The notes beneath the pieces are model-generated. The model worked only from the letters and a program-made list of their open reading frames with translations. It did not search any database and was not told where the DNA came from. 64,000 nucleotides of DNA from Spirochaetia bacterium (lineage in GTDB: Bacteria; Spirochaetota; Spirochaetia; SZUA-6; Bin103): positions 1,728,001 to 1,792,000 of the forward strand of contig OZ241907.1 of NCBI GenBank assembly GCA_965203515.1, in the 5' to 3' direction. This document shows, piece by piece, positions 43,068 to 51,961 of this stretch. A program made the translations under genes and the position numbers. How positions within the stretch are numbered: position 1 is the stretch's first letter; every line of letters starts with the position of its first letter.

Positions 43068-43494
43068 CGCCCGTCCCGTCGATGACGGCAGCCAACCTCT
43101 TGGCGTCGGCGATGAAGGCCGGGAGCAGCTTGAGGGTCGCCTCGGCGAAGCCTTCACCGTAGTCGTGGGCAGTGTCGTTACGGTTGTCGCGGTACTCCAG
43201 CCAGCGCTCGCAGGCGTCCGCCGGCAGCAGGCAGTGCTTGGCGGCGTGGCGGAACACGTCCTTGAACACGAGGCGGTCGGCCTGCCGGTTGCTGGCAAAC
43301 CAGGGGCGCAGGCGCTTCTTCAGCAGCTTGCCGCTCTGTTCCAGCACCAACTCGAACTCCTTGACGCAGGCAGCGCGGTAGATGTCGCGGAGTACGTCGT
43401 CGCCGGCAGCCTGGTCGCGGAGTCTGTCGAGCGCCTGCTCCAGGGTCCTGATGCAACGCTTCAGATAGGTGGTGTCTATCGCCCTCTGTTCCAT
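43060..43494 (-). CDS. HEPN protein (HI0074-type nucleotidyltransferase substrate-binding family), putative RNase toxin
   Basis: ACVKEFELVLEQSGKLLKK; RNDTAHDY (R-x4-H). Confidence 0.88.
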   Translation of the reverse strand: MEQRAIDTTYLKRCIRTLEQALDRLRDQAAGDDVLRDIYRAACVKEFELVLEQSGKLLKKRLRPWFASNRQADRLVFKDVFRHAAKHCLLPADACERWLEYRDNRNDTAHDYGEGFAEATLKLLPAFIADAKRLAAVIDGTGDA

Positions 43495-43651
43495 TGGGTC
43501 CTGGCTCAATCAACCGTGCGCCGGCTACCGAGCCGACGAATCTCGCACGACCGAGCGCTTCAACATACCATGGCGAACGCCCCCCATTCACCGGCCGGCG
43601 GGCACCGCGGCGCTTGACGTACCGATCTCCGCACGTACAGTACACGTACTC

Positions 43652-43933
43652 ATGGCGAGTGAACGGATTACGAACTACACTGAGGCCCGTCAGAATCTCA
43701 AGTCGTTGATGGACAGCGTCATCGAGGACGGCACACCGGTGATCATCACGCGGACGACAGGCGACCCGGTGGTCATGCTGGCCAAGATGGAGTACGACGC
43801 CATGATGGAGACCCTTCACCTGCTGCGCTCGCCACGAAACGCGACACGCCTACGCGACGCGATGGCCGGCGTCGAAGCGGGTAACGTCGTCCACGCCGGC
43901 CTCATCGACGGGGAGATCGCCGAGCGGCCGTAA
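43652..43933 (+). CDS. yefM: Phd/YefM family antitoxin
   Basis: NYTEARQNLKSLMDSV...PVIITR...METLHLLRSPRNATRL. Upstream are TTGACG-N16-TACAGT and several GTAC cores. Confidence 0.88.
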   Translation: MASERITNYTEARQNLKSLMDSVIEDGTPVIITRTTGDPVVMLAKMEYDAMMETLHLLRSPRNATRLRDAMAGVEAGNVVHAGLIDGEIAERP

Positions 43934-43951
43934 ACCGGGAGCGCACCGGCC

Positions 43952-44016
43952 GTCATCGCGTTCTCCCGGCAGGGCTTGGCAGGGTCGTCCGCCGGAACGC
44001 GCGGCTGATCAAGGAG
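43952..44016 (+). pseudogene. Degraded YoeB-like toxin remnant
   Basis: Fragments VIAFSRQG and RLIKE in different frames, directly after yefM; no intact ORF. Confidence 0.4.
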
Positions 44017-44057
44017 TCACCCATTCGTCGTAGCCACGTACGGGGTCACGTGTTGGA

Positions 44058-44615
44058 TCACGGGGAGAAATGTCTGAGGACACGTACCGCTTGGCTCAAA
44101 GTTCCGCCATGAGAGCGCAGCCACTGAGGAACATCGTTTGGGTCAACTGTTAGCCATGCCGTATCTCTACCAGCGCGACCGCCGTGCTGTGACTGGATTT
44201 CACCCGAACGCCACTTCTCCATCATTATCGACTTTGGGACAATCCAGCAGTGGGCGTTGAATGGTGCTATTCCGAGCCAGATTCCGATGTGGTAATTCTG
44301 GTCACGAAGTTGCTGAAACTTGTACGAACCAGCCTTCCACAGTGTGGAAAATTTGATCTCTACGCGGACGCCGCCAATGATCCTGTCAGCTTCGCTATCC
44401 GGGGACTTGGCTACGTCGAAGTTCTTTGCGGCGAAGAAACCCGCGACCAGTTGCTCGCCGATCTTTCCTATCTGGCGAGACGGCCGTGACTTGATCCAGG
44501 CGAAGGGACTCCCGGCCCATGACATATCCCCATCTTCATAATCAGCATACAGCGAAGTGGCGATCCCCGTAAGCATCCTTACGTCCGGATCGGCAATGTT
44601 GTAGCTATTGTCCAT
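44058..44615 (-). CDS. Putative type II restriction endonuclease (PD-(D/E)XK-like)
   Basis: GKIGEQLV...EADRII...VEIKFS...FQQLRDQ; low GC; overlaps the MTase stop. Confidence 0.6.
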   Translation of the reverse strand: MDNSYNIADPDVRMLTGIATSLYADYEDGDMSWAGSPFAWIKSRPSRQIGKIGEQLVAGFFAAKNFDVAKSPDSEADRIIGGVRVEIKFSTLWKAGSYKFQQLRDQNYHIGIWLGIAPFNAHCWIVPKSIMMEKWRSGEIQSQHGGRAGRDTAWLTVDPNDVPQWLRSHGGTLSQAVRVLRHFSP

Positions 44616-45501
44616 GAGTTTCCTGAAACAGCGTGGGCTGAGCATCATCATCGTGTAGAACGAGGCTTTCGCATCCGTCGAACTCGACGCCGTACGGCGC
44701 CAGGCGCTTGCTCATGACCCGTATCGCATCCGGGTTGTCGTCGATCAGGATGAAGTCGCGGCCGAGCCGCGCAGCGGCCTCGCCCAGCGTTCCGCTGCCC
44801 GCGAAGAAGTCGATCACCAAGTCGCCGGGATGGGTGTGCACGCGGACGATTCGCTCGATGATGCCGAGCGGCTTCTGCGTCGCGTAGCCGGTCTTTTCCT
44901 TGCCATTGGGACTGACGATCGTATGCCACCAGACGTCGGTCGGCGTCTTGCCTCGGGCTGCCTTTTCGGCACCGACCAGGCCGGGAGCCAGGTACGGAAT
45001 CCGGTCGATCTCGTCGTACCGGAAGGTGTAGTTTGCCGGATCCTTGGCGTACCAGAGGATGTTGTCGTGCTTGGCCGGCCATCGGGACTTGGAGCGGCCG
45101 CCGTAGTCGTAAGCCCAGATGATCTCGTTGATGAACGACTCGCGACCGAAGAGTTCGTCCAACAGCACCTTGCAATAGTGGACTTCCCGATAGTCCACGT
45201 GCAGGAAGAACGAGCCGTTCGGTTTGAGCACGCGCCGCGCCTCGCGCAACCGAGGTTCCAGGAAGCCGAGGTAATCGTCGAACGCGTCGGCATAGCCGCT
45301 GGAGCCGAGCTCGATAGTCCGATAGCGCTTGCCCTGGAAGCCGGTGCGGTCGCCGGTTACCTCATCCCGCACCGTGCTGATGGTCGTCCTGGACTGCGTC
45401 CGCCCGGTATTGAACGGCGGATCGATATAGACGAGCGCCGCCGACTCGTCCGGCACCGACGCTAGCGCTTCGAGATTGTCGGCAAAGATCACCTTGCCCA
45501 T
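44605..45501 (-). CDS. Site-specific DNA methyltransferase (N4/N6, beta class)
   Basis: YIDPPF precedes DFFAGSGT; YATQKP. Confidence 0.92.
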   Translation of the reverse strand: MGKVIFADNLEALASVPDESAALVYIDPPFNTGRTQSRTTISTVRDEVTGDRTGFQGKRYRTIELGSSGYADAFDDYLGFLEPRLREARRVLKPNGSFFLHVDYREVHYCKVLLDELFGRESFINEIIWAYDYGGRSKSRWPAKHDNILWYAKDPANYTFRYDEIDRIPYLAPGLVGAEKAARGKTPTDVWWHTIVSPNGKEKTGYATQKPLGIIERIVRVHTHPGDLVIDFFAGSGTLGEAAARLGRDFILIDDNPDAIRVMSKRLAPYGVEFDGCESLVLHDDDAQPTLFQETHGQ

Positions 45502-45550
45502 ACTCAACTCATCTATGAGGTATAACGCTCGATCCTTATGCCACGAGGAG

Positions 45551-45760
45551 TTACAACGGCGCAGCCTGCTCCGCCCCGGGGGAGGCGTCGCGTTTGAGGG
45601 TGCGGTAGGTCTGCTCGTCGATGCCGGTGGCGGATTGGATCACCGGCCACCCGACCCCCTCCCGCAGGAACCCTTCGATGGCCTCCATCAGGCCCTTTCG
45701 GCGGCCCTTCAACTCGCCTTCCTGCCGGCCTTCCCGGCGCAGCATCTCGCCACAGGTCAT
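45551..45760 (-). CDS. Candidate nested small C-terminal product (RpnS-like, 69 aa)
   Basis: In-frame internal ATG 45760 preceded by GAGAGGTGA-TTTG. Confidence 0.5.
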   Translation of the reverse strand: MTCGEMLRREGRQEGELKGRRKGLMEAIEGFLREGVGWPVIQSATGIDEQTYRTLKRDASPGAEQAAPL

Positions 45761-46507
45761 CAAATCACCTCTCAGTTCCGGCGCCATGCGCGGCTTCAGC
45801 TCATCCAGCGTGTCCGCCGGCCCGGTCTTCACAATGTACTCCATGAACGCCCGGTAGTAATCCACCCCGCCACGCGCCGGCTCCCGCTGCAACGCCGCCA
45901 GCAGCGGTGCGATCCGCTCCCGCGCCTCCCTCGGAGCCTGCTCGAAGGTGTGCATCATCGCCAGTTGGAGCAGCCGGCCGCGCAACGCCCCGGCCACGGC
46001 CGCCGGCGCCACCTGGGTCTGGTCCAACAGCAGGTGACGGAAGCGCGGCACCCAGGGCTGATCGCGCAGCGCCGGCGGGAAGGACTCCGCCAGTTCGGTG
46101 GCGTAGCGCCAGCGGCGCTTGCCCTGGTAGAACACCAGCGGCAGCACCGGGCGCAGGAACCGTTCCTTGGGGTGGGTGTGGCGGTCGGCCTCCCAGATGC
46201 GGCAGCAGTAGCGCAGCAAGCGCAGCGCCATCCAGCGGTCGGGGCGGGATTGATGTTCGAACAGCAGGTAGAGCCACAGCGGCGGCGCGGCCGCGGCGGC
46301 GGTGCGCACCTCGAACAGCAGGTCGGAGACGGAGCCGCGCAGTTGCTGGTCGACGAAGGAGCCTGGGGCGCGGCGCAGGGAGGACCAGAGGAAGCGGCGC
46401 CGGAGGGAGTCCGGCAGGCGGGCGCGGAGGAAGGCGGCAGTCTCCTCGGAGTCGGCGAACACTAGGCGGAACAGGTGATCGTGGGGCTGGCGCAGCGGCG
46501 GTGCCAT
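45551..46507 (-). CDS. Rpn family recombination-promoting nuclease/putative transposase (YhgA-like)
   Basis: PHDHLFR, SFVD..LR...SDLLF, LFEHQS, PVLPLVFYQG, C-terminal EGRQEG tail. Confidence 0.92.
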   Translation of the reverse strand: MAPPLRQPHDHLFRLVFADSEETAAFLRARLPDSLRRRFLWSSLRRAPGSFVDQQLRGSVSDLLFEVRTAAAAAPPLWLYLLFEHQSRPDRWMALRLLRYCCRIWEADRHTHPKERFLRPVLPLVFYQGKRRWRYATELAESFPPALRDQPWVPRFRHLLLDQTQVAPAAVAGALRGRLLQLAMMHTFEQAPREARERIAPLLAALQREPARGGVDYYRAFMEYIVKTGPADTLDELKPRMAPELRGDLMTCGEMLRREGRQEGELKGRRKGLMEAIEGFLREGVGWPVIQSATGIDEQTYRTLKRDASPGAEQAAPL

Positions 46508-46666
46508 CACGCATTGACATCGACGCGGCGTCCGTGGCGCTTTTCGACGCGCGGCGCCGGCGAGATCGTGCGCGGCGGAGAATCGACGGTAGAAAGCGGG
46601 TCCCCATACGGTTCTCTCCTAGACCTAGAGCGTTGCTTCCGGCGCGGGTTGCGGCATGATCGCCGG

Positions 46667-48331
46667 TCATCCGCCGAACCCGAGCCGCTTCAGGTTGTCG
46701 GCGATGGCGGCGTCGAGTGAGCGCGCCTCTGCCTGCTGCTCGCGCCACGAGGAGGCGAGGCGCTTCATCTTCTCCGCGAACGGCTCGCCGTCGTCCGCCG
46801 GCGCTGCGGCGCCGACATACCGGCCGGGGGTGAGCACGTAGCCGTGCCGGCGCACCTCCTCCAGCGCGGCGCTCTTGCAGAAGCCGGGCACGTCGGCGTA
46901 TTCGCCGGCGCCCTCCTCCCCGCGCCACGCGTGATAGGTGTCGGCGATGCGGGCGATCTCCTCCGCGGTCAGTTCGCGGTGGGTGCGGTCGACCATGCGG
47001 CCGAGCTTGCGCGCGTCGATGAACAGCAGCTCCCCGCGCCGGTCGCGCAGCGCGCCGTTGCCGCGGGCGCGGGCCAGGAACCACAGGCAGGCCGGTATCT
47101 GCGTCGAGTAGAACAGTTGCCCCGGCAGCGCCACCATGCAATCGATCAGGTCCGCCTCGAGCAGGCTCCGGCGAATGGCGCCTTCGCCGGCTTGGTTCGA
47201 CGACATCGAGCCGTTGGCCAGCACGAACCCGGCCACGCCGGCCGGCGCCAGATGATGCACGATGTGCTGCGCCCACGCGAAGTTGGCGTTGCCCTTGGGC
47301 GGCGCGCCGTAGCGCCAGCGGCGGTCCTCGGCCAGCCGTTCGCCGCCCCAGTCGGAGACGTTGAACGGCGGATTGGCCAGGATGAAGTCCGCCTTCAGAT
47401 CGGGGTGGCGGTCGTCGTGGAAGCTGTCGCCGTGCTCGATCCGTCCGTCGATGCCGCGAATCGCCAGGTTCATCTTGGCCAGCCGCCACGTCGTGTAATT
47501 CGACTCCTGGCCGTAGATCGAGATGTCGGTCGCGGCGCCGCGCGGCGCCTTGCCGCCGTTGCCATTGCCGGTGGCGTGCGCGTCGATGAACGCGACCGAC
47601 TGCACGAACATGCCGGACGAGCCGCAGCACGGGTCGTACACCCGCCCCCGGTAGGGCTCCAGCATCTCCACCAGCAGCTTGACGATGCAGCGCGGGGTGT
47701 AGAACTCGCCGCCCTTCTTGCCCTCGGCGCTCGCGAACTGCGACAGGAAGTACTCGTAGACCCGGCCGAGCACGTCCTTGGAGCGGGCGTCTTCGTCGCC
47801 CACCTTGATGTTGCCGATCAAGTCGATGAGCTGGCCGAGGCGCTGCTGGTCGAAGCCGGGGCGGGCGTAATCCTTGGGCAGCACGTCCTTGAGCGCCGCG
47901 TTGTCACGCTCGATGCCGGCCATCGCGTCGTCGACCGCGCGCCCGATGGCAGGCTGCCGCGCCAGCGCCCGGAGGCGCTCCCAGCGCGCCTCGCGCGGCA
48001 CCCAGAAGATGTTTTCGGCGCGGTACTCGTCAGGGTCCTCGGGGTCGGCCCCCTCGCCCCGCTCCGCTTCCAGGACGGCATGACGCTCCTCGAAGGCGTC
48101 GGAGATGTACTTGAGGAAGATCAGCCCCAGCACGACGTGCTTGTACTCGGCGGCGTCCAGCGAGCCGCGCAGGGTGTCGGCCATGCGCCACAGCTCCGCC
48201 TCATGGCCGGTGGTGGCGCCGCTGGCGTCGGCGGTAACGGCTGCCTTGCGGGCGGCGCCGGCGTTGCGCCTGTCCGGCCGCCCGCGCGCCCGTCCTTCCG
48301 AATCGCCGTCCCTGATGATGAGTCGTGGCAT
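46667..48331 (-). CDS. hsdM: Type I R-M methyltransferase subunit
   Basis: [48 protein letters not shown]; start position uncertain. Confidence 0.95.
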   Translation of the reverse strand: MPRLIIRDGDSEGRARGRPDRRNAGAARKAAVTADASGATTGHEAELWRMADTLRGSLDAAEYKHVVLGLIFLKYISDAFEERHAVLEAERGEGADPEDPDEYRAENIFWVPREARWERLRALARQPAIGRAVDDAMAGIERDNAALKDVLPKDYARPGFDQQRLGQLIDLIGNIKVGDEDARSKDVLGRVYEYFLSQFASAEGKKGGEFYTPRCIVKLLVEMLEPYRGRVYDPCCGSSGMFVQSVAFIDAHATGNGNGGKAPRGAATDISIYGQESNYTTWRLAKMNLAIRGIDGRIEHGDSFHDDRHPDLKADFILANPPFNVSDWGGERLAEDRRWRYGAPPKGNANFAWAQHIVHHLAPAGVAGFVLANGSMSSNQAGEGAIRRSLLEADLIDCMVALPGQLFYSTQIPACLWFLARARGNGALRDRRGELLFIDARKLGRMVDRTHRELTAEEIARIADTYHAWRGEEGAGEYADVPGFCKSAALEEVRRHGYVLTPGRYVGAAAPADDGEPFAEKMKRLASSWREQQAEARSLDAAIADNLKRLGFGG

Positions 48332-48410
48332 CCTCGCATCAACCTCGTCTCGGGTAGTATACGCGCTATCGGGCGGTATCGGCGGCCTTTACGCCGGTAC
48401 CCGCAGGAGC

Positions 48411-49382
48411 ATGACGCACGTGACGCTGGCACCTCGCAGAATACGCACCTCGATCGTCGGTTTGGTCGCCGCGGTACTCGCGATACTGCTGTGGGCCGGT
48501 TCGAGTTCGCCGGCGCGGGCGCATGAACGTCAGGACGGCGTGGCGCGCACCGCCGTGGTATCTGCCTTCGCGCCGGAGCTGTCGATCCTCAAGGCGGAGC
48601 TGGACGGCGCCGTCACCCATTCGCTGAACGGCGTGGAGTTCTCCGCCGGGACCCTGCAGGGGCGCCCGGTCGTATTGTTCCTGAGCGGCATCAGCGTCGT
48701 CAACGCGGCGATGACGACCCAGCTCGCCCTGGACCACTTCACCATCGAGCGGATCGTGTTCTCCGGCATCGCCGGCGGCGTCGATCCCGCGCTCCACGTC
48801 GGCGACCTCGTGATCGCCGACCGATGGGGCCAGTATCTCGAACTGGTCTTTGCCCGCGAGGAGGAAGAGGGATGGCGTCCGCCGCCGTTCTTCGACTATC
48901 CGTACCCCAACTACGGCATGATGTTTCCGCGCTCCGTCACCGTGCAGGGCGTGGGCGCCGGCGCAGGCGCGGACGCGCCGGAGACCCGCTTCTGGTTCCC
49001 GGTCGACGCGGCGCTGCTGGCCGCCGCCGGGGAAGCCGCCGCGGCGGTGACGCTCGCTCGCTGTACCGCGGCCGGCGCCTGCCTGCGGCGCGCGCCCAGG
49101 ATCGTGGTCGGCGGCGCCGGCGTCTCCGGGAGCGCCTTCATCGACAACGCGGCGTTCCGGGAATACACGTTCGAGACCTTCGGCGCGCGCGTGCTGGACA
49201 TGGAAAGCGCCGCGGTGGCGCACGTGGCCTACGCGAACGGCGTCCCGTTCATCGCCATTCGCAGCCTGTCCGACTTGGCGGGCGGCGGCGAGGGTGAGAA
49301 TCAGTTGGAGGTCTTTCTCGATCTCGCGGCCGGCAACGCGGCGGCGGCCGTCAAGTCGCTCCTGCGCGCGCTGCCCGCATAG
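48411..49382 (+). CDS. 5'-methylthioadenosine/S-adenosylhomocysteine nucleosidase family protein with signal peptide
   Basis: SGISVVNAA, FSGIAGG, LDMESAAVAHV, IRSLSDLAG; hydrophobic N-terminus with ARA cleavage site. Confidence 0.85.
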   Translation: MTHVTLAPRRIRTSIVGLVAAVLAILLWAGSSSPARAHERQDGVARTAVVSAFAPELSILKAELDGAVTHSLNGVEFSAGTLQGRPVVLFLSGISVVNAAMTTQLALDHFTIERIVFSGIAGGVDPALHVGDLVIADRWGQYLELVFAREEEEGWRPPPFFDYPYPNYGMMFPRSVTVQGVGAGAGADAPETRFWFPVDAALLAAAGEAAAAVTLARCTAAGACLRRAPRIVVGGAGVSGSAFIDNAAFREYTFETFGARVLDMESAAVAHVAYANGVPFIAIRSLSDLAGGGEGENQLEVFLDLAAGNAAAAVKSLLRALPA

Positions 49383-49454
49383 ACCGGCCTTGAACCTTGA
49401 ACAGACCACTTGCCCATACGTGCCAAACGTGAGATATTGATACGTAGCAGCGTC

Positions 49455-49718
49455 ATGAGCACGAAACTCACCCTGAGCGTCAACGCTACGATCGTCCAAC
49501 GGGCGAAGGAGTTGGCGAGACGGCGACGAACGAGCCTCTCCGGACTGGTCGAGGAGTATCTCCGATTTGCCAGCGCCGGCCTTGATGAGCCGCCCGCCGT
49601 CAGCGTCCGAGTTCAGGCGGTTGCCGAATCACTGCCGATGCCGCCGGACGCTACCTACGATCGCTTGCAGGAGCAGTACCTGCGGGAAAAGCTACTCGGT
49701 GCGGAAGATTCTACTTGA
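49455..49718 (+). CDS. DUF6364-like ribbon-helix-helix antitoxin
   Basis: MSTKLTLSVNATIVQRAKELA...SLSGLVEEYL; overlaps the PIN gene. Confidence 0.75.
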   Translation: MSTKLTLSVNATIVQRAKELARRRRTSLSGLVEEYLRFASAGLDEPPAVSVRVQAVAESLPMPPDATYDRLQEQYLREKLLGAEDST

Positions 49719-50163
49719 TTCCGACGTCATTCTGGATCTGTTCGTCTCGCGCGAACCGCATCACACGGTCGCCCTGCATTTCTTCTCGTGCATCGATCTC
49801 GCGCGAGACACCATCAGCGCAACGGCGTCGCCGGTGGCTATGGCCAACGTCGCCTACGTGTTGTCCAAGTTGAAGAATCAGGCATTTGCGGTGGGTAAAC
49901 TGCGCGAACTCAGAACCATGATCGGGGTGTCTCCCATCAACCAAACGGTCGTGGACCGTGCCCTGGCACGTCCGCATCGTGATTTCGAAGATGCCCTGCA
50001 ACGAGAATGCGCGCTGGAGAATGGCATCGAGATTCTCGTGACTCGCAACACCCGCCACTATCCCAAGACCGACGTCGCTATCCTCTCACCGGCTGACTTC
50101 TTGCAGCTTCACGGCGCCGCGCTGGCGCTCATGGGCGGCGGCGGACCGGGCAGACCGTCCTGA
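49699..50163 (+). CDS. PIN domain (VapC-like) toxin
   Basis: ILLDSDVILD, DFEDALQ, LVTRNTRHY. Confidence 0.88.
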   Translation: MRKILLDSDVILDLFVSREPHHTVALHFFSCIDLARDTISATASPVAMANVAYVLSKLKNQAFAVGKLRELRTMIGVSPINQTVVDRALARPHRDFEDALQRECALENGIEILVTRNTRHYPKTDVAILSPADFLQLHGAALALMGGGGPGRPS

Positions 50164-50350
50164 TCCGCCAGCCGAACCAGAAGCTGCTTGCCCTCCAGCG
50201 TTTGGCGCGCCCAATACAGGTTCTGGTATTGATCGTAGCCGCCGTCGCTCTCGCTCTCTGCCAGCCTGGCCGCGCCGGTCGCGGTGGTGCCGCCGGACGG
50301 CGCCGCGCCGAAGGTCACGGTTGGGGCAGTCGTGTAGCCGCTCCCACGGT
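50061..50350 (+). repeat. Direct repeat copy A (~290 bp)
   Basis: Matches 53380-53664 with a few substitutions and small indels. Confidence 0.9.
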
Positions 50351-51320
50351 TCGTGATCGTCACCGACGTGACGCCGGTTTGCAGCACTGCGGTGCCGATT
50401 GCCGTGGTGCCGCCGGACGGCGCCGCTCCGAAGGTCACGGTAGGAGCGGAGGTGTAGCCGGCCCCCGCGTTCGTGATCGTCACCTCCTCTACTCTGGTGG
50501 TCCGTAACGTCGCGGTGGCGCTCGCGCCGGAGCCTCCTCCTCCCGAAAACGATACGGTTGGGGCAGAGGTGTAGCCGCTCCCCCGGTTCAATAGGATTAT
50601 GTTCACCACACTACCGGAACTTATCGTCGCCCATCCGATTGCCCGGGTGCCACCGGCGGCCTGCGGAGCGCTGAACGTTACGGTTGGACCAGACGTGTAG
50701 CCGTTCCCCCCGCTCGTGAGCGTCACCGTCCCTACTTCTGATCGCAGCGTTGCGGTGCCGGTCGCCGTGGTGCCGCCGGACGGCGCTGCTCCGAACGTCA
50801 CGGTGGGAGCGGACGTGTAGCCGTTCCCCCGGTTCCCGATCGTCACTGACGCGACGCCGCCGGGCCCCACCGCGGTGCCGGTGGCCGCGGTGCCGCCGGA
50901 CGGCGGTGCGCTGAACGTCACGCTGGGAACCGACGCGTAGCCGCTTCCCGCAGTCCCGACCGTCACCGCGTCGACGGCGCCCGCCGCGGCGCCGGTCGCC
51001 GTGGTGCCGCCCGACGGCGGCGCGCTGAACGTCACGGTAGGGACGGAAGTGTAGCCGCTTCCTGCGGTCCCGACCGTCACGGCATCGACGGCGCCCGCCG
51101 CGGCGCCGGTCGCCGTGGTGCCGCCGGACGGCGGCGCACTGAACGTCACGGTGGGAGCGGATGCATATCCGCTTCCTGCGGTCCCGACCGTCACGGCATC
51201 GACCGAGGCCACCGCGGTGCCGGTTGCCGTGGTGCCGCCGGACGGCGCCGCCTCGAACGTCACGCCGGGAACGGACGCATAGCCGCTCCCCGGGTTCGCT
51301 ATCGTGACCGCCTGAACCGT
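50270..51320 (-). repeat. Nine tandem ~114-126 bp coding repeats
   Basis: Unit VxxVT(V/I)xxxGSGYTSAPTVTFSAPPSGGTTATGxA; units 2-4 are nearly identical at DNA level. Confidence 0.9.
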
Positions 51321-51675
51321 GCCGACGGCGCCTGGCTCGATCGTGTCGGAGCCCGACTGATCCGGGGCGGTGAGCACCAGTACCACTGCGCCCGCCCGGA
51401 CGTCCGGGGTGACCGTCCACTCCGCGCCGGTGAGGTCGGACGCGAAGACCGGCTTGGCGCTCGTGCTCGTGAACGGCAGCGGGTGCCCGCCGATCGACAC
51501 CTGCACCTTCTCGCCCTCGCCGCCGGTGATCCGCTCCCAGGCATACGGCGCGGAACGGTTGGTCGTTGCGCTCAGCAGGCCCGCGCCGTCACCAAAGTCA
51601 GCCGCGCTGATCGTCCAGCTCTTCTCGGCCGGCTGGGCCGGCTGCGGGGTTGGCGGCGGCTCGCTCGGCGGTTTA

Positions 51676-51687
51676 CCCCCCCCCCCC
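51676..51687 (+). repeat. C12 homopolymer (G12 on the coding strand)
   Basis: gtttaCCCCCCCCCCCCttg. Confidence 0.92.
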
Positions 51688-51961
51688 TTGGGCCGGGTCG
51701 GCGGGCGCGGCGGGCGTGCGGGCCGCCTGCGTGCACGCCATCAGCATGGCGATACCGGCGGCCAGCAACAGCGATACCAGCGACGCTCTGCCCAAGATTA
51801 TCCTCCTGCCGGGCGGTTGGTCCCAGGCGGCGGCACGGTAGCACGCGCTCCCCAAGCTGTCCATCCCCACGTCGCTCGCTCGCTCGCTCGCGGGCGCATT
51901 TCCAAATGTAGGTAAGCGTCAGGCCGCTTGACGGCCAAGCCCAAGCCCTATGATCACCGGT

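Larger units (their letters stand above)
50109..51870 (-). pseudogene. Repeat-rich surface lipoprotein interrupted by a G12 tract (phase-variable OFF state or homopolymer error)
   Basis: A signal peptide ending LMAC is followed by CAA-G12-TAA. The other frame continues KPPSEPPPTPQPAQP...EKVQVSIGG into nine ~38-aa repeats. Confidence 0.75.

Noticed and set aside
41418..43298. HsdS ORF extended to 43298 (a HEPN-MNT-HsdS triple fusion)
   Set aside because: The extension overlaps the HEPN gene in another frame. HEPN has its own stop at 43060, and ATG 43067 is the coupled start.
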